Assembly (NCBI GenBank): GCA_013115145.1
Contig: JAAPAO010000133.1
Location: 2,710-66,709, forward strand
Direction: 5' to 3'
Source of the DNA: Perkinsus chesapeaki ATCC PRA-425
Taxonomy: Eukaryota > Protista > Perkinsozoa
Length of the DNA: 64,000 nucleotides
The translations under genes were made by a program, and so were the position numbers. The notes beneath the pieces are model-generated. The model worked only from the letters and a program-made list of their open reading frames with translations. It was not told where the DNA came from and ran no database searches. Position 1 is the stretch's first letter. The number at the start of each line of letters is the position of its first letter. Positions 1-11,372 of this stretch are shown in pieces.

Positions 1-213
1 ATCAGGAAGTGATAAATTGTTGAGAAGGCAGAACTCATTATCCTCATCCATGTAAAAGAGACGATAGTCCCTCACTTGAAGTTCACGCCATGCTTTCTCA
101 ACATACTCACACAACTTGTCGTATGACTGAAGGTCTTCAGGATCAACTCTGATACGAAGTGTTTCGGAATCAGTGTGTAGTTTAAGGCAAAGGACGCTTG
201 CTGTAGATGACAT
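1..213 (-). CDS. PB1-domain protein, N-terminal exon (runs off window start)
   Basis: Hand translation from ATG at 213: MSSTASVLCLKLHTDSETLRIRVDPEDLQSYDKLCEYVEKAWRELQVRDYRLFYMDEDNEFCLLNNLSLPD. It has an N-terminal basic K and an acidic OPCA-like motif (Y.DED.E), typical of PB1. Absent from the ORF track because no stop falls in the window. Confidence 0.7.
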   Translation of the reverse strand, partial: MSSTASVLCLKLHTDSETLRIRVDPEDLQSYDKLCEYVEKAWRELQVRDYRLFYMDEDNEFCLLNNLSLPD

Positions 214-1192
214 ACTTTTCAAAATAATTTATTAATAACTAACGAAAAGGAGAATATGAACTGAACAATCCGGCTCTGTATTATTTCAGATTGCACTCGA
301 ATTATGATACGAACTTTATGCTAGAATAGTATCATCGAACACAAAGCTTGTGTCCCGGTATCACAATTGACCACACTTCCGCCGCGAATCCAATCCATAT
401 CGACCTCCACTAGTGTAAATCCGAAATACGGCACTAGTCACCGGTAGACCAGCGGCAAGCCATCAAACTGTTGCAACCATCATGAGCCCGAGATAATACA
501 GGGCTCATGTTTCGCCTTGCCTTCCCATCGTAGTTAGTATGCTTGCCTATTCGCACCCGGCACTACACATAACCATTCGCTACCAGGATTGTATGACAAT
601 CTTTTGGCATGACAAGTTGTATTAAAAGTGACTAACTTGTGACCTCTACCAGCTCTGGGCAATACAACATTAATTCCATAGAATATGTGCTTCCCTCAGT
701 AACAACAACAAGCCTCCGACTAGAGCCTCTCAAACAAGCAAGCAGCAGCTAAGACTTTCATTGTCCTTTCTTAACCTTTAAATGACGATATTTCCAGCGC
801 ATGCGCTTTCGGGACTCCCGTTGTTGATGTCGTATTTGATGTGGGCCACATACACTTGACGCATGCAGGTGAGGATTCGTCATGATTCGCATATAGGTCC
901 GTGTGTTGCCTGTGAGTCGTAATTAGGTCTTGCGTTGCGAATCAACGGCTCCACGTGCTACCGGCGGTAGCCTACTGCTTTAATAATAGTTCGAATAGAT
1001 TATGTATGATGCGGGCGTATGTATCCTATTTCGCAGTAAAGGTGGAATGAACTGCTCTCAGTTCACCAGCGCGCTCTCTGTTTTTTTCCACTCGCTTTGA
1101 ACAGTGGTTCTTACGGAGCTCATTACCCTACGAGCAACTGTTGCCTAAAGCAACAACGAGACCCTTCAACATAATAGAAACACAGTTCTTTA

Positions 1193-2723
1193 TCACAGTG
1201 GCTCGTCAAGCGCGTAAACAGGGCTTCCCCGTCTAGGCCGCGGCAAATCCTCTGGCTCTTCAGGAGGATCCGAGGGCGGCGCCGCCGCTGACCAATCTGC
1301 AGAGGCAGCATTCTAATCTAGCAAAAAAAGAAATACTCACCAGGCTGATCTCCCCACTCCTCTTGTTCCTGTTCCCATTTTTCTATCTCCCTCTCCCGGA
1401 ACTGAACCCTCAAGGGTATCTTGTACCTCGCAGGCTCTTCCTCCTGATCCTCTTCGGTTGGCGCCAAACACACTCCCTGACATCAATACACTTTAAACCT
1501 CAACGCGCATGATGCGTCGTACTCCTGCTCGGCTTCTCCAAGAGCCCGCCCTTGTATCCCACATAGGCCCCTCCGTTCTAAAGAACATCCATAAAATAAA
1601 CCAGAATACCCAAGAGACCAACCTCTCCCGTATAGGCGACGGTGATCGCTGTCGATACCAGTCATGCTCCCATCGCCTGCCACGCGTGCGCCTTCTCTTA
1701 TGCCTGTTATAATATAACTTCATTTACTCAACCGGCAAGACTCTCTTACTTCTGCTCAACCTCCTTATACTTTTCGACATCGTAGGCTTGGTTTAGAGGA
1801 TTGAACGGATCGGGCGGCCGAGACTCGTCGTCATCCTCTGGGTCCTCGCGAAGTAGGCCGCCAGTGCTGACAGACTCCTCCTTGTGGTGCTTGTGGTGAT
1901 GATGATGCTTCTTCTTCTTTTTTTTCTTCTTTCCCTCTGTCTCATCCACATCCTTCTCCAAGTCTATCACTTCCGATGATTTATTTTTAGACTTCTTCTT
2001 TTTCTTTTTCTTCTCCTTCTTGCCGTCCTCACCGCGAATGTCGGCATTCGTGAGCCTGTTCTGATACAGCCTGAAAACAGACAGGTTGCGGTATACAACA
2101 ACATCTACCGTTAGAGCCACAACTGAGATCTACATTGCGCGTTAAGCTCCAATCAACTAGGGCTTTTGATCATAACGAAGTATCAGACACCAATTCTTCT
2201 ACGTCTTCCACCACACTGTGGATATTATCAACCCGCGTACATCTCCCGCTGTACAGGTGTGGCTCTCCTCTGTGGACAAGAGAGCAGCTCCTTGAGAGTC
2301 AGATGCAAGTTCGAGGATTCGCATCCTCGGTTCCCTCTTTCCTCGTTCACCATTGTTGAACCGCGAAATGAATCAACAACCGTCTCTACTCCACAGGCTC
2401 GTGGAGACAGACAGCGCGTGAGCGGTGAGAGGAGGTGACCGCTGCCGTGATGCCGCTAACACTCCTATCGCCCATGTACGCAACTGCACACGGAGCCTCG
2501 ACAGCTCGAGCAGGAGCTCTCGTCGTTCAAATCAGTGTCGTGCTCCTGACTCCTGTGAAGAAGCTTACCCATGCTCCTGTGAGAACTCCATTGCCATAAT
2601 CTCCGCCTCAGTAAAACCAGAATCGAGCATTTTCTGTCTCTTCTTCTCCCTCTCCGTCAACACTAGCAATGCCTCAGAGTCGTCATCACACTCCATACGA
2701 TTCTTCGACGATGAGGTTGCCAT
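1193..2723 (-). CDS. Multi-exon hypothetical protein with poly-Lys/poly-His tract and a hydrophobic Trp/Phe-rich segment
   Basis: Exon-like pieces MATSSSKNRMECDDDSEALL..., ...KKKKKKKHHHHH..., ...LVSWVFWFILWMFF..., ...RRGSPVYALDEPL*, separated by GT-AG introns. No recognised family. Confidence 0.5.
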
Positions 2724-2872
2724 TGCGTAGGCGGCCTCTGCCGCGAGTGGCTAATGTACTACTAACGGTTTCACCATTATCAACCGTAACTACTCACGCG
2801 ACACTAATCTTTAAACTGAAGAAATTAACCTTTGGATTTGCCTTTAAATTATACAGTAAAAACCTCATCACT

Positions 2873-3961
2873 TTAGTGCTCCGAAGCTTCATAATCGACA
2901 CGGTACTCTCCCTTCCTTCCCGGCTTCCCTTCGTCTCCGCCGCTGCCAGACTGTTCCTTGTTCAAGTTGGTCTCCACAGTAACACTGATGTTCCCGGCGC
3001 CCATACCGTCTATCACCAAGTTTTCCCCCCGGACTATGCGAGCCCCCGAATGCGCCTGTCGGTCCATAGGTGTTCGAGGGTAATAGACCCGAGCCCAGAA
3101 GGAGTCCAGTGTCGGACAAATCGGTCGGACCTCCGCCACGCCTCCGGGGACAAGCGTTTGTGTGCCCTCTTCCACAGGGAACATGCAAACCTTATCAGTC
3201 GATTTAAAGAGACACACTTTTAGTGTAGATGGGGTGTTGTTCACCAGTTTGATCGGCAAATGCTTCCGCTTCAGGACCGACTCTGCAGTGGTGTCCCGCG
3301 CCTCGTATATCTGACCTATACGCTTCTCCACCAGTGTCAATGTCTCCTTGTTCGGTACGAAGCCTAGCACTATGCTGACAGCTCCAGCATGAATCTTAAC
3401 TCTTGCCGAATAGGAGCTCAGCATCGCCGCATCACCAACCAGTTGTCTGCCGACTTGCTCCAGTAGCTCGTTCGTGCCGTCATTATCATCACTATCACCC
3501 AGAGCAAATTGCAGCTCATCAAGAGCGTTCCTTATTATCCCAACCGCGCCGTGTAGCGTCTGTCCCTCCGCCGAGACTTGAAGTAGACTGTCAACCCACT
3601 GAGCTTGGCGGCGCATGCCCCAAACCTCGTCCCTCGGGGAAATGCCCAAGAGCTCATCATATGCCAACAGCAACAGGCTCGCAATCCTTCTGCAGGTCCT
3701 CGCCTGCCCCATCACATGACAGACCGTCTGCACCGCCTCCGGAGTCGAGCTCTTGCTCGAGTCTATCTTGGAAACCACGGCAATGGCGGCCGAACGCAGA
3801 TCTGCGAAGAGACACACCACCGAGTCTGGCACCACCACATCCTCCTCTTCGTCAGCCGAGGCCTTCGAAGCCGGTGAGAATAGCAAATGGCTCCGCATGA
3901 ACATGAAACCGTAAGATACCTGCACGTCATCCCCCTGCCATCCCACTACAAAACAACACAC
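2873..3961 (-). CDS. Hypothetical protein (long single ORF; true start probably near 3900)
   Basis: 362-aa stop-free ORF with globular-like composition (helical N-half, beta-rich C-half). No recognised motif. Confidence 0.6.
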   Translation of the reverse strand: MCCFVVGWQGDDVQVSYGFMFMRSHLLFSPASKASADEEEDVVVPDSVVCLFADLRSAAIAVVSKIDSSKSSTPEAVQTVCHVMGQARTCRRIASLLLLAYDELLGISPRDEVWGMRRQAQWVDSLLQVSAEGQTLHGAVGIIRNALDELQFALGDSDDNDGTNELLEQVGRQLVGDAAMLSSYSARVKIHAGAVSIVLGFVPNKETLTLVEKRIGQIYEARDTTAESVLKRKHLPIKLVNNTPSTLKVCLFKSTDKVCMFPVEEGTQTLVPGGVAEVRPICPTLDSFWARVYYPRTPMDRQAHSGARIVRGENLVIDGMGAGNISVTVETNLNKEQSGSGGDEGKPGRKGEYRVDYEASEH

Positions 3962-4014
3962 ATTGAGTAATTCTGAAACTCACAATATTAAGAAACTGAT
4001 ATCTTCTTTATTCT

Positions 4015-7000
4015 CTATCCACCAGCGGCCCGGTTGATCTCCCAGATATCCTTCACAGTTGCGTTCTCATCATCAACATAAAGCATATTGTCATACCTAA
4101 CACCAAAACTCTCCCTCTGCTGTCTCCAAGCAGCTCACATATTCACGGTAGGATCGCAGTGGGCCGGCTGGATCAGCACAGCTCCCCCTGGTCTCTCGCA
4201 ATGGCGCTCGCCCACCAAGGCTTTCAATGACTCGTTGCTGCCCTTTAACACGGTGTGCTCGTCACCAGCGCAACTGACACTGATGCCCTTGGCCGCCCCG
4301 CCAGCTGCACCGAAATAGGGAGAGACTTCCACAGGACCACGACCGTTGGGAACAGAACCGTAGAACACCGGAGACCTGATTTGAGGAAACGTCGGTATGA
4401 CAGAGATGTACCCCCCGCCCACTTTATGCAACTGTAGTCCATTCCCTTCGTCCCAACGTCCAGAACGAGTCGACCGTCGCCAATACCTACAGCATCTCGT
4501 AGGGCGGCGGCAGAGGAGGCAGGGGAGGGGAGGGGAGGAAGGCTTACTTATAATGCTAGCCAGAACGAAGAGACTTGGTTTAAATATGGCGTCGTGATTA
4601 GCACAGTAATCGGCGTCCATGAACAGATATGATCCCGGCTGGACCTATACACCAACAGGGATCAAAGAGACGTACTGCATCAACAAGCCTAGCGCGATCT
4701 GATGAACTTCTCCCCCTGTGGAGAGGCGAACTATAGCCCAGTAATAGGCGGGCTTTATTATCCTTTTATTATCGGGTTTTGGGTTTTCGGGTTTCGGGTT
4801 TACCTCCTTGACGCAGCATTATTCTCAGTGAAATACACTGCAGTGAGGTATACTTTAGATACCGAGGAGTAGAAATGATTTTATGATCGGCCAGTAGGTG
4901 ATGTGAATAATATAATGACAGCCCGGAATCACCAGCCGAGTGAAAAGAAGGATAATCATAACTTAATCACACAGGCAAGCGATCACTATTCGATAGCCCT
5001 AGTTTAGCCTTACCTCAGTAAACTGCCCACTATTGCCCTCCATTGTGAATGAGCCTGTACCTCCACCGGTAACACTATTTATTTCCAAACCAGCTTTATT
5101 AAACTCCCTTCTAACCTCCTCTACTATCTGTACCACAACATCACTCTCACTTTTACGATCAACTGGATCTCTAATTTGCTGTATTCCGCCATGGTAGGCC
5201 TGACCAAACGGACAAGAGAGTCACTAACATTCATATAGCATTTTCGTTTGGCTACGACCCACGGGAAGCATTCTACTATCTCAGATAGTCTACCTCTATT
5301 ACACTATCTCTATAATATTTTAATTTACTAAAGCCCAATTATAATTATAATAATATCATCGCCTTCACCTCTAACAGGAGCTAATACCCATAGGCACGCC
5401 GTACTGATATACAGTATTATCAAAACCTCAGTATAATACTCCATATCTATTGGATGCTCTACCTTCGCAATGATAGATTTCTGCATATTATCTATTTCTT
5501 TACATCTCGATTTACGCTGATATATTTACTTAATACGTGCTCAATCCTTCCACTGTTTACCCCAACTAACACATTACTATTACTGAAACGCCTCATTGCT
5601 ATCAATGTTGAGTAATGAGCCCAGAAGGGTTGATAGGGTATATCTACTAAGAAGTACCAAGTACAGACCGAGGTGAACTACCCCACACCACCACCACAAG
5701 GCCGTCCCTTCACTACCTGTATTCCGCCCCTAAAGGTAACACCTTGACCCTCTAAGCTAAGCACGCTCTGGGCTAATGTAACTGCCTCTGCTGGAGTAGA
5801 CAGGCCACATCTGCCTTGTCCGACATCAACGTCTATAACACACTCTATCTTAGTCTTCGGATTGTATTGCATAACTGCCGCTGATAAGCAGGCAACTTGG
5901 TGGGGATGGTCAACACAGACCTGAACAACAACACCCAAGACCGCATATCTCCTGACTATACGAGCTGAATGTATCAACACCGCGGCAATCCTCGGTGGTG
6001 GTGTGGTTGAGGAAGCATGTTCGAGTAGAAGTAGCAGCAATAGAAGAATGATGGCTTGGTTACTATAAATAATGATGAGCTTTAATACTACCTTCAATGA
6101 GTCAACACGGCTCGCTATATCTACTAGCCTTTGAAGGGACTCTGGCTGCAACTGAGGTTCATTCGATATTAATATGTCCTTAGCTCCACCCTGACCATAA
6201 AGATAAGTAACAACTCTACGAACGAAGCCAACAGTAACACTTTGCCCAAAAGAAGCTGACGAGCCGAGCCGGAGTAGTCAGTGGGTCCCCTCCAAAAAAT
6301 ATCGACCAAAACAAAATTCAGATCATCCACTTAAAGAAGCTCCACTTCCCTCAGTACCTTCACACAGGTCTCCGCTTCTGTTAGCGTTTGACAAGAAAAA
6401 CCAACGGCGCCATCCTGATAGTGAACATGTCCAGCCTGGGGTTCGAACCCACGACCTTCCTCCTACTCACCTCCAGCTGTATGCGGGCGATAGCCGGACT
6501 CTTGTGGGCCTTGGCATGTGGACGGAAGTTACACTTGAGCAAATTCTCGTGACTGAAATATAATTTAATAGCATCAAGTCACTTCACTGCAAGGGACACG
6601 TGAGGATCTCAAAGAGCACACAGTAAAGGGACACTGTTCTATTATACCAACCCTTCCAGGAGCCCCTATAGCAGGCCAGAACTGCCTTGCAGCACCAGTG
6701 GATACTAAGCAGATTAATACTAATATATCAATGATACATTACTCCATAGTCATATACCGATATTAATGATATATAGTGGACTGATGCTGGTTGCTATGAA
6801 TGCATTACAAAGGTTCACATCCATCCCACGAAAGGTACCTTCCCAAACATCCACTACCTATTAAAAATATGATCCATCTTTTCCCTGTTATATGCAAATG
6901 CGCTCTCCATTACAACCAGCCTCGGAGTCTCGATCCTCGACAGATGACGGCCCAACGCGTGTAGCTGACGCAGGGAGGAACTGGATGTTGCTGCTTTCAT
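4015..7000 (-). CDS. D-threonine aldolase / D-serine dehydratase (DSD1)-family fold-type III PLP enzyme, multi-exon
   Basis: Spliced motifs read by hand: IETPRLVV, FRPHAKAHKS (PLP Lys), DILISNE, IDVDVGQGRCG, AYHG, TGGGTGSF, VQPGSYLFMDADY, LDVGTKG, AGDEH, QPAHCDPTVNM and IWEINRAAGG*. These are the characteristic family motifs in the correct order. Confidence 0.88.
4774..4801 (+). repeat. Telomere-like degenerate repeat / G-quadruplex motif in an intron
   Basis: GGGTTTTGGGTTTTCGGGTTTCGGGTTT: four G3 tracts with 4-5 nt loops. Confidence 0.6.
6436..6459 (-). other. tRNA T-arm/B-box-like fragment inside a 56-nt intron (6415-6470)
   Basis: Minus strand reads AAGGTCGTGGGTTCGAACCCCAG (variable-loop AGGTC, TGGG/CCCA stem, TTCGAAC loop). 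No D-arm or anticodon arm. Confidence 0.45.
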
Positions 7001-7425
7001 AAAGTCAAATCAAATACTAAACCATGAAATACATCACCACCATTCCCTGCACCGCCCCTCGACTCGAACTTTTGCTATGGAGCACGGTCTACAGCTCCAC
7101 CATCATTGAGAATGCCAGAGAGCTTTGAACTGACGCTAGGCCCTCTCCCACACAGTTCTTCTGACTTGGTAGAAACTATATAGGTTGCAATTATTCCAGC
7201 TTGTGGGTGGGACAGTACCGGGAGTCCATACTAATTTACCTGATGACAGCAAAGTCCCCGATAGCTGTCTCCACCCAGGCCACCGGAAAGTGTATGCCTC
7301 CCGCTTCTATCAGAATTTCCGTATCTCGCCGGCTTAGTCGGCATTAATGCAACCAACTATACCGAATTAGGCGAAATCGTGAAATTTCGCGCAAGAGATG
7401 TTCGACGCTATCAGGCTTCACCTTG

Positions 7426-9674
7426 TTACTTTTTCCGCACCCTAGTCCGTGGCTGCTCCTTCTCCACGGGATCAGCAACGCGAACTTCAATTTCGTCGAA
7501 TTTCAATTGTACCAAAGGAGACTTCATCTCAGCCTTCGAGCCTCGGAGCAGATGCGAACACTGTAATGCTGAAAAGATACGCATCCTCCTCTCGATGTGG
7601 CACGGGCTACCTTGGCATTCCCTCAACCCACCAAACTCGTCAAAGCTTCCAGTGAAGTGCCACGCTCCAGTACTATACCTGGTGGTGAGTAAATACACAC
7701 GTGACAGAGGGAAGGATATGCCAGAAGACTTGGAGACTAATTGGATGCAATTGAGCACAACGAGAAAACGCCTGAAAGACTTCCCTATATTGCTCCAAGG
7801 GAATACAATCAATTATTGCTTTCATCGAATACTCCTTCTAATTCTATCCTTTAATAAGTATGGATTCTCAGTAAGCTCTGCAGCCTGTATTAGGCTGCCT
7901 TATGGTCTATCATTACCATTTGCCAACTAGTACTGGAGTTCCAAAAATGATTTTCTCGGGCTCAGGCGGGATTGTGTGCTAATCTATAATAAGATAGGCT
8001 ATTCTATTCAGGCTCAATATTGATAAATCCTATCTGGAATAGGTGAAGACTATTCTAATCAATGCGATAATGTCAAGTACAATATCGATTCCTCCATTGC
8101 CTCCCCGAATGGTACATAACCTCTCCCCCTCAGTATTACGAAGTCGTCGCTGCTCTCTCCATAGCCATTCGACTTGACTGCGATCGTTGAGCTCTAACAC
8201 CAACAGACCCTCCATTAGCCGCATCTTCCGACTCTCCATCTTCCCTCGAAAATAAAGGATCATCCCGCAGCAAGGCCAATATATCCTACAAAGCAGAGTT
8301 TCCTGGCGCGCAAGAAATTACAATAGGTAGTGGCATCACCTGATCCATTGCGTCATTATCATCATCCTCCCCCTCATCTCCTGCCTTTCGCTTTCGCTTC
8401 CTCTTCCCTATGAAATGCCAATATGAAATTCCTCAACTATTTGCCAAGTGATATATTCAGTACGATGAGTAACAATGTACAGCGTGAGCCGTCGGAAAGC
8501 AGCTAATTCACAAGTGCTGGGTTTGAGGTGATCTTCCTCATTCCATTACAGCCCACATTTTACCCTTAGCTTGCTGTTGTTGTTTATCTTCCTTCGCCCT
8601 ACTATCCATCACCTCCGGATGGATACTTCTAAAAGCCAGATCGAACTCCTGAAGCCAGAGTCCTTCCAGCAGCAGCCCTACCCTCTGGGATACTTGTGGA
8701 TACCTCTTCTAGGATCTTCAAAGCCTTCTCCTTGTCCTGTAACGATGCTTTGCCCTCGGACATCAACTCATGCAGCACGTCAACTAGACACTGACCGATC
8801 TAAAACAACGTCACCATGTAGTAATAACTGCCTGCCTTGCTCAGCTAAGGTCTACAATTATCCAACCGACTCTAGATGGGAATGCATTCCACATTGACCA
8901 GGTGACAAAATATCAACCTGATTTCCTTACAATTTTTCCTCCCTCCAACAGATATGGGCGGCGAGCGGAGGATGCATATATTCCACCATCAATACCCAAG
9001 CGAAAGGAGCGGTATGAGTACCTGTGTGTGATGGTATATCCTGGGCAGGCCGCCAGAGAATGTGGTCATATCTACTCCTTCAATGTTATCATCACCATCA
9101 ATGTTAGAGAAGTGAATTGGCTCTGAAACCACCACAGCAGAGATACTGTAAGCCAATGGAGGGCAATAACACAGAGTAGTGGGCAGGGAATGGATTTATT
9201 GGATAACACCTCATTACGAATATGAACCGATTCAACCTAAGTGCAATCCTTAGGAGTCAGATTCCCTACTGCGAGGCCGCCTGGTGACACTAGGGAGTGA
9301 CTTCTCACTAGAGTCTGTTGATATTGGATTCGCCAAGTCCAAAGGTGGACACTTAAATTCCCTCCATCAGACACACTATACGAGTAGCGCCATCACAGCG
9401 CACTAGTGCGAGAAGAAACGTAATGGATCTTGACAATTAATCAACGTCCCCTCGACTATTACCCGATTCTTTAAGCTGTGCTTCACTAAGCATTAGCTCC
9501 TGCTCCTCCGAAGGGCTCATACTACTCACCGATACACCTTCGTCGTCCTCCGATTCAACACCTAAGTCATACCGCTCCTTCCTCTAAACGCACTTACAGT
9601 ATACCACCTTCATTCCCTTCATGTATCTCCTTATCACTATGTTCTGCTGGCTTCGCTTGAGCCTTTGGCGGCAT
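7426..9674 (-). CDS. Multi-exon hypothetical protein(s); may be one or two genes
   Basis: Exon-like fragments MPPKAQAKPAEHSDKE..., VESEDDEGVSV..., IGQCLVDVLHELMSEGK..., GKRKRKRKAGDEGEDDD..., ...EIEVRVADPVEKEQPRTRVRKK*, flanked by GT/AG. Confidence 0.4.
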
Positions 9675-10226
9675 CAAGCCGGACAAAAATCAATAACTGA
9701 TTACCATCTTAAAGATTCCTTTGAGGTTACCTCAGATACTCCCCTTCCACAAACCGGCTCCCATCATCCCCAATCTCGGTGCACTGAACTCAACAAGACA
9801 TAACTCATCACAATAAACTATGTCTAAAAATGTATCACCATCTCCTCTACAAACGATATCTCAATAACAACAAGATCATCATGCGCATAGATCAGCAGCA
9901 GCTTTCATCCTTTACAGTGATCAAATAAGATCATCAACCTTGAGGAAAATATAGTATCTCAGGCGCACAGAGAAGATGAACACATGTGATTGGGGTGGTG
10001 GCGGTGGCGTTGTTTTGGCTTTGACAGCCTGTTAATAGGAGAGAGCAAACAACTGTGTATGGTATAACCAAACAACTACTACTACCACTTAACCAATGAC
10101 ATGCGTCCAGTAGTACAGACTTACGATCAATAGTAGCAATAAGATACTACTAGAGATTGTTCCATTAAGAAAAAATAACAACAACCACGGTCCAACGCTC
10201 TTTTTCCCTTTTTTCAATCAGATTCG

Positions 10227-10851
10227 CTACGCCTTAGCCGCTGCTGCCTCCTTCGCGCTCGCTTTCTTCTCGTCTGCAATGAGCTGTACGAGATCCTCTA
10301 GAAGCGGCGGATTCGCTGTCGGAGGAATGCCGTTCTGAAGAGACAGAAGAGATGCTCCGGTGGGCAACTAGATGAAGCTCACCTGGATGAACAACATTCT
10401 CACTTTGTCGTGGATGGAGGTACCAGTGTTGATGGGCTGAAAACACTACTGTGGGAAAGGGACAGTTTCCGACACAATGATGCATTTAATGAATGATACC
10501 ATAATTTTTCATAATGTGCTGTAGAGGATGTTTCGCTACAGAAAAACAGAAATTAAGGCGTCTATTGGGAGGTGCGTCGTAAGGGAAGAGTGCTGATCGT
10601 GCGAGAACAAAGACAGGATAAGATAGTTATACTGGGGTATATAATACGAAAATCGGAGAAAGGAGCGGTATGGACAATGCTTACTGATCTTTGTAGATCC
10701 TGCTCGACGGCGATTTCGGGGTTGGCTTCTAAGATCTTCTTCAGCAGAGCCTCTGAAAAACAACGCGTTGGCAGTTGTGCTTGTGCGCAGCAAAGGGACA
10801 TATTTTGTATCTTACGCAGTCGAACCTAAGATACCCCTGTATCCTTACCAT
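10227..10851 (-). CDS. Small multi-exon hypothetical protein
   Basis: Fragments ALLKKILEANPEIAVEQDLQRS, PINTGTSIHDKVRMLFIQ and NGIPPTANPPLLEDLVQLIADEKKASAKEAAAAKA* with clear splice sites. Exon phasing not fully resolved. Confidence 0.5.
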
Positions 10852-11372
10852 CTTGCTGCGAGAAATATATATTCTCCGCAGCCCTTTCACGCTCGTTCAT
10901 GATCCTGATTCCAGTGAAAGATGCCTAAAAGGTTGATTGGCAGTCCTCCGATATTATATCGATCATACCCTGCTGTTAAAGGAGTAGCGACGGCTTGATC
11001 TCTCCAACGAATTAGATACACGGCGGATGGCCAGCATGGGAAAACGAGTGGACAAAAGTTAGCGAAAAGGGAGTACCGCTGAATGCCAACATTAACAACA
11101 GCAGATCTCACCAAGAAGGGTTTTGCCTAAGCGGAAAAAGGCCCCTTTATTATTAAAGAAAGCCTCTATGTCGATTCCATGCCCGATGTAGTGTTCGTAA
11201 CAGAAGGCTCTGTACAGTCAATTTGGTAAATAGGCAGCGCTACACATTGGCCTCTGTCAAAGAGAGTCGGCCGACGGGTGCGCAACGAAATTAGCGCTCG
11301 CCTGGAAATGATTGTTCGCCCTTTTCCTTCTTCTGGGAGAGTTCCATATCTAACATAGGGGTTTGTTAATAG

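Noticed and set aside
481-509. Perfect 9-bp inverted repeat CATGAGCCC/GGGCTCATG
   Set aside because: A few such hairpins are expected by chance in 64 kb, and there is no supporting context.
8700-8800. IGQCLVDVLHELMSEGK resembles the TFIIA-gamma N-terminal helix
   Set aside because: The flanking exons lack the rest of the TFIIA-gamma pattern, and the similarity is too short.
10805-10851. Candidate 23-nt intron and 10-nt micro-exon at the start of a small gene
   Set aside because: Alternative splice choices fit equally well, and this cannot be supported without cDNA.
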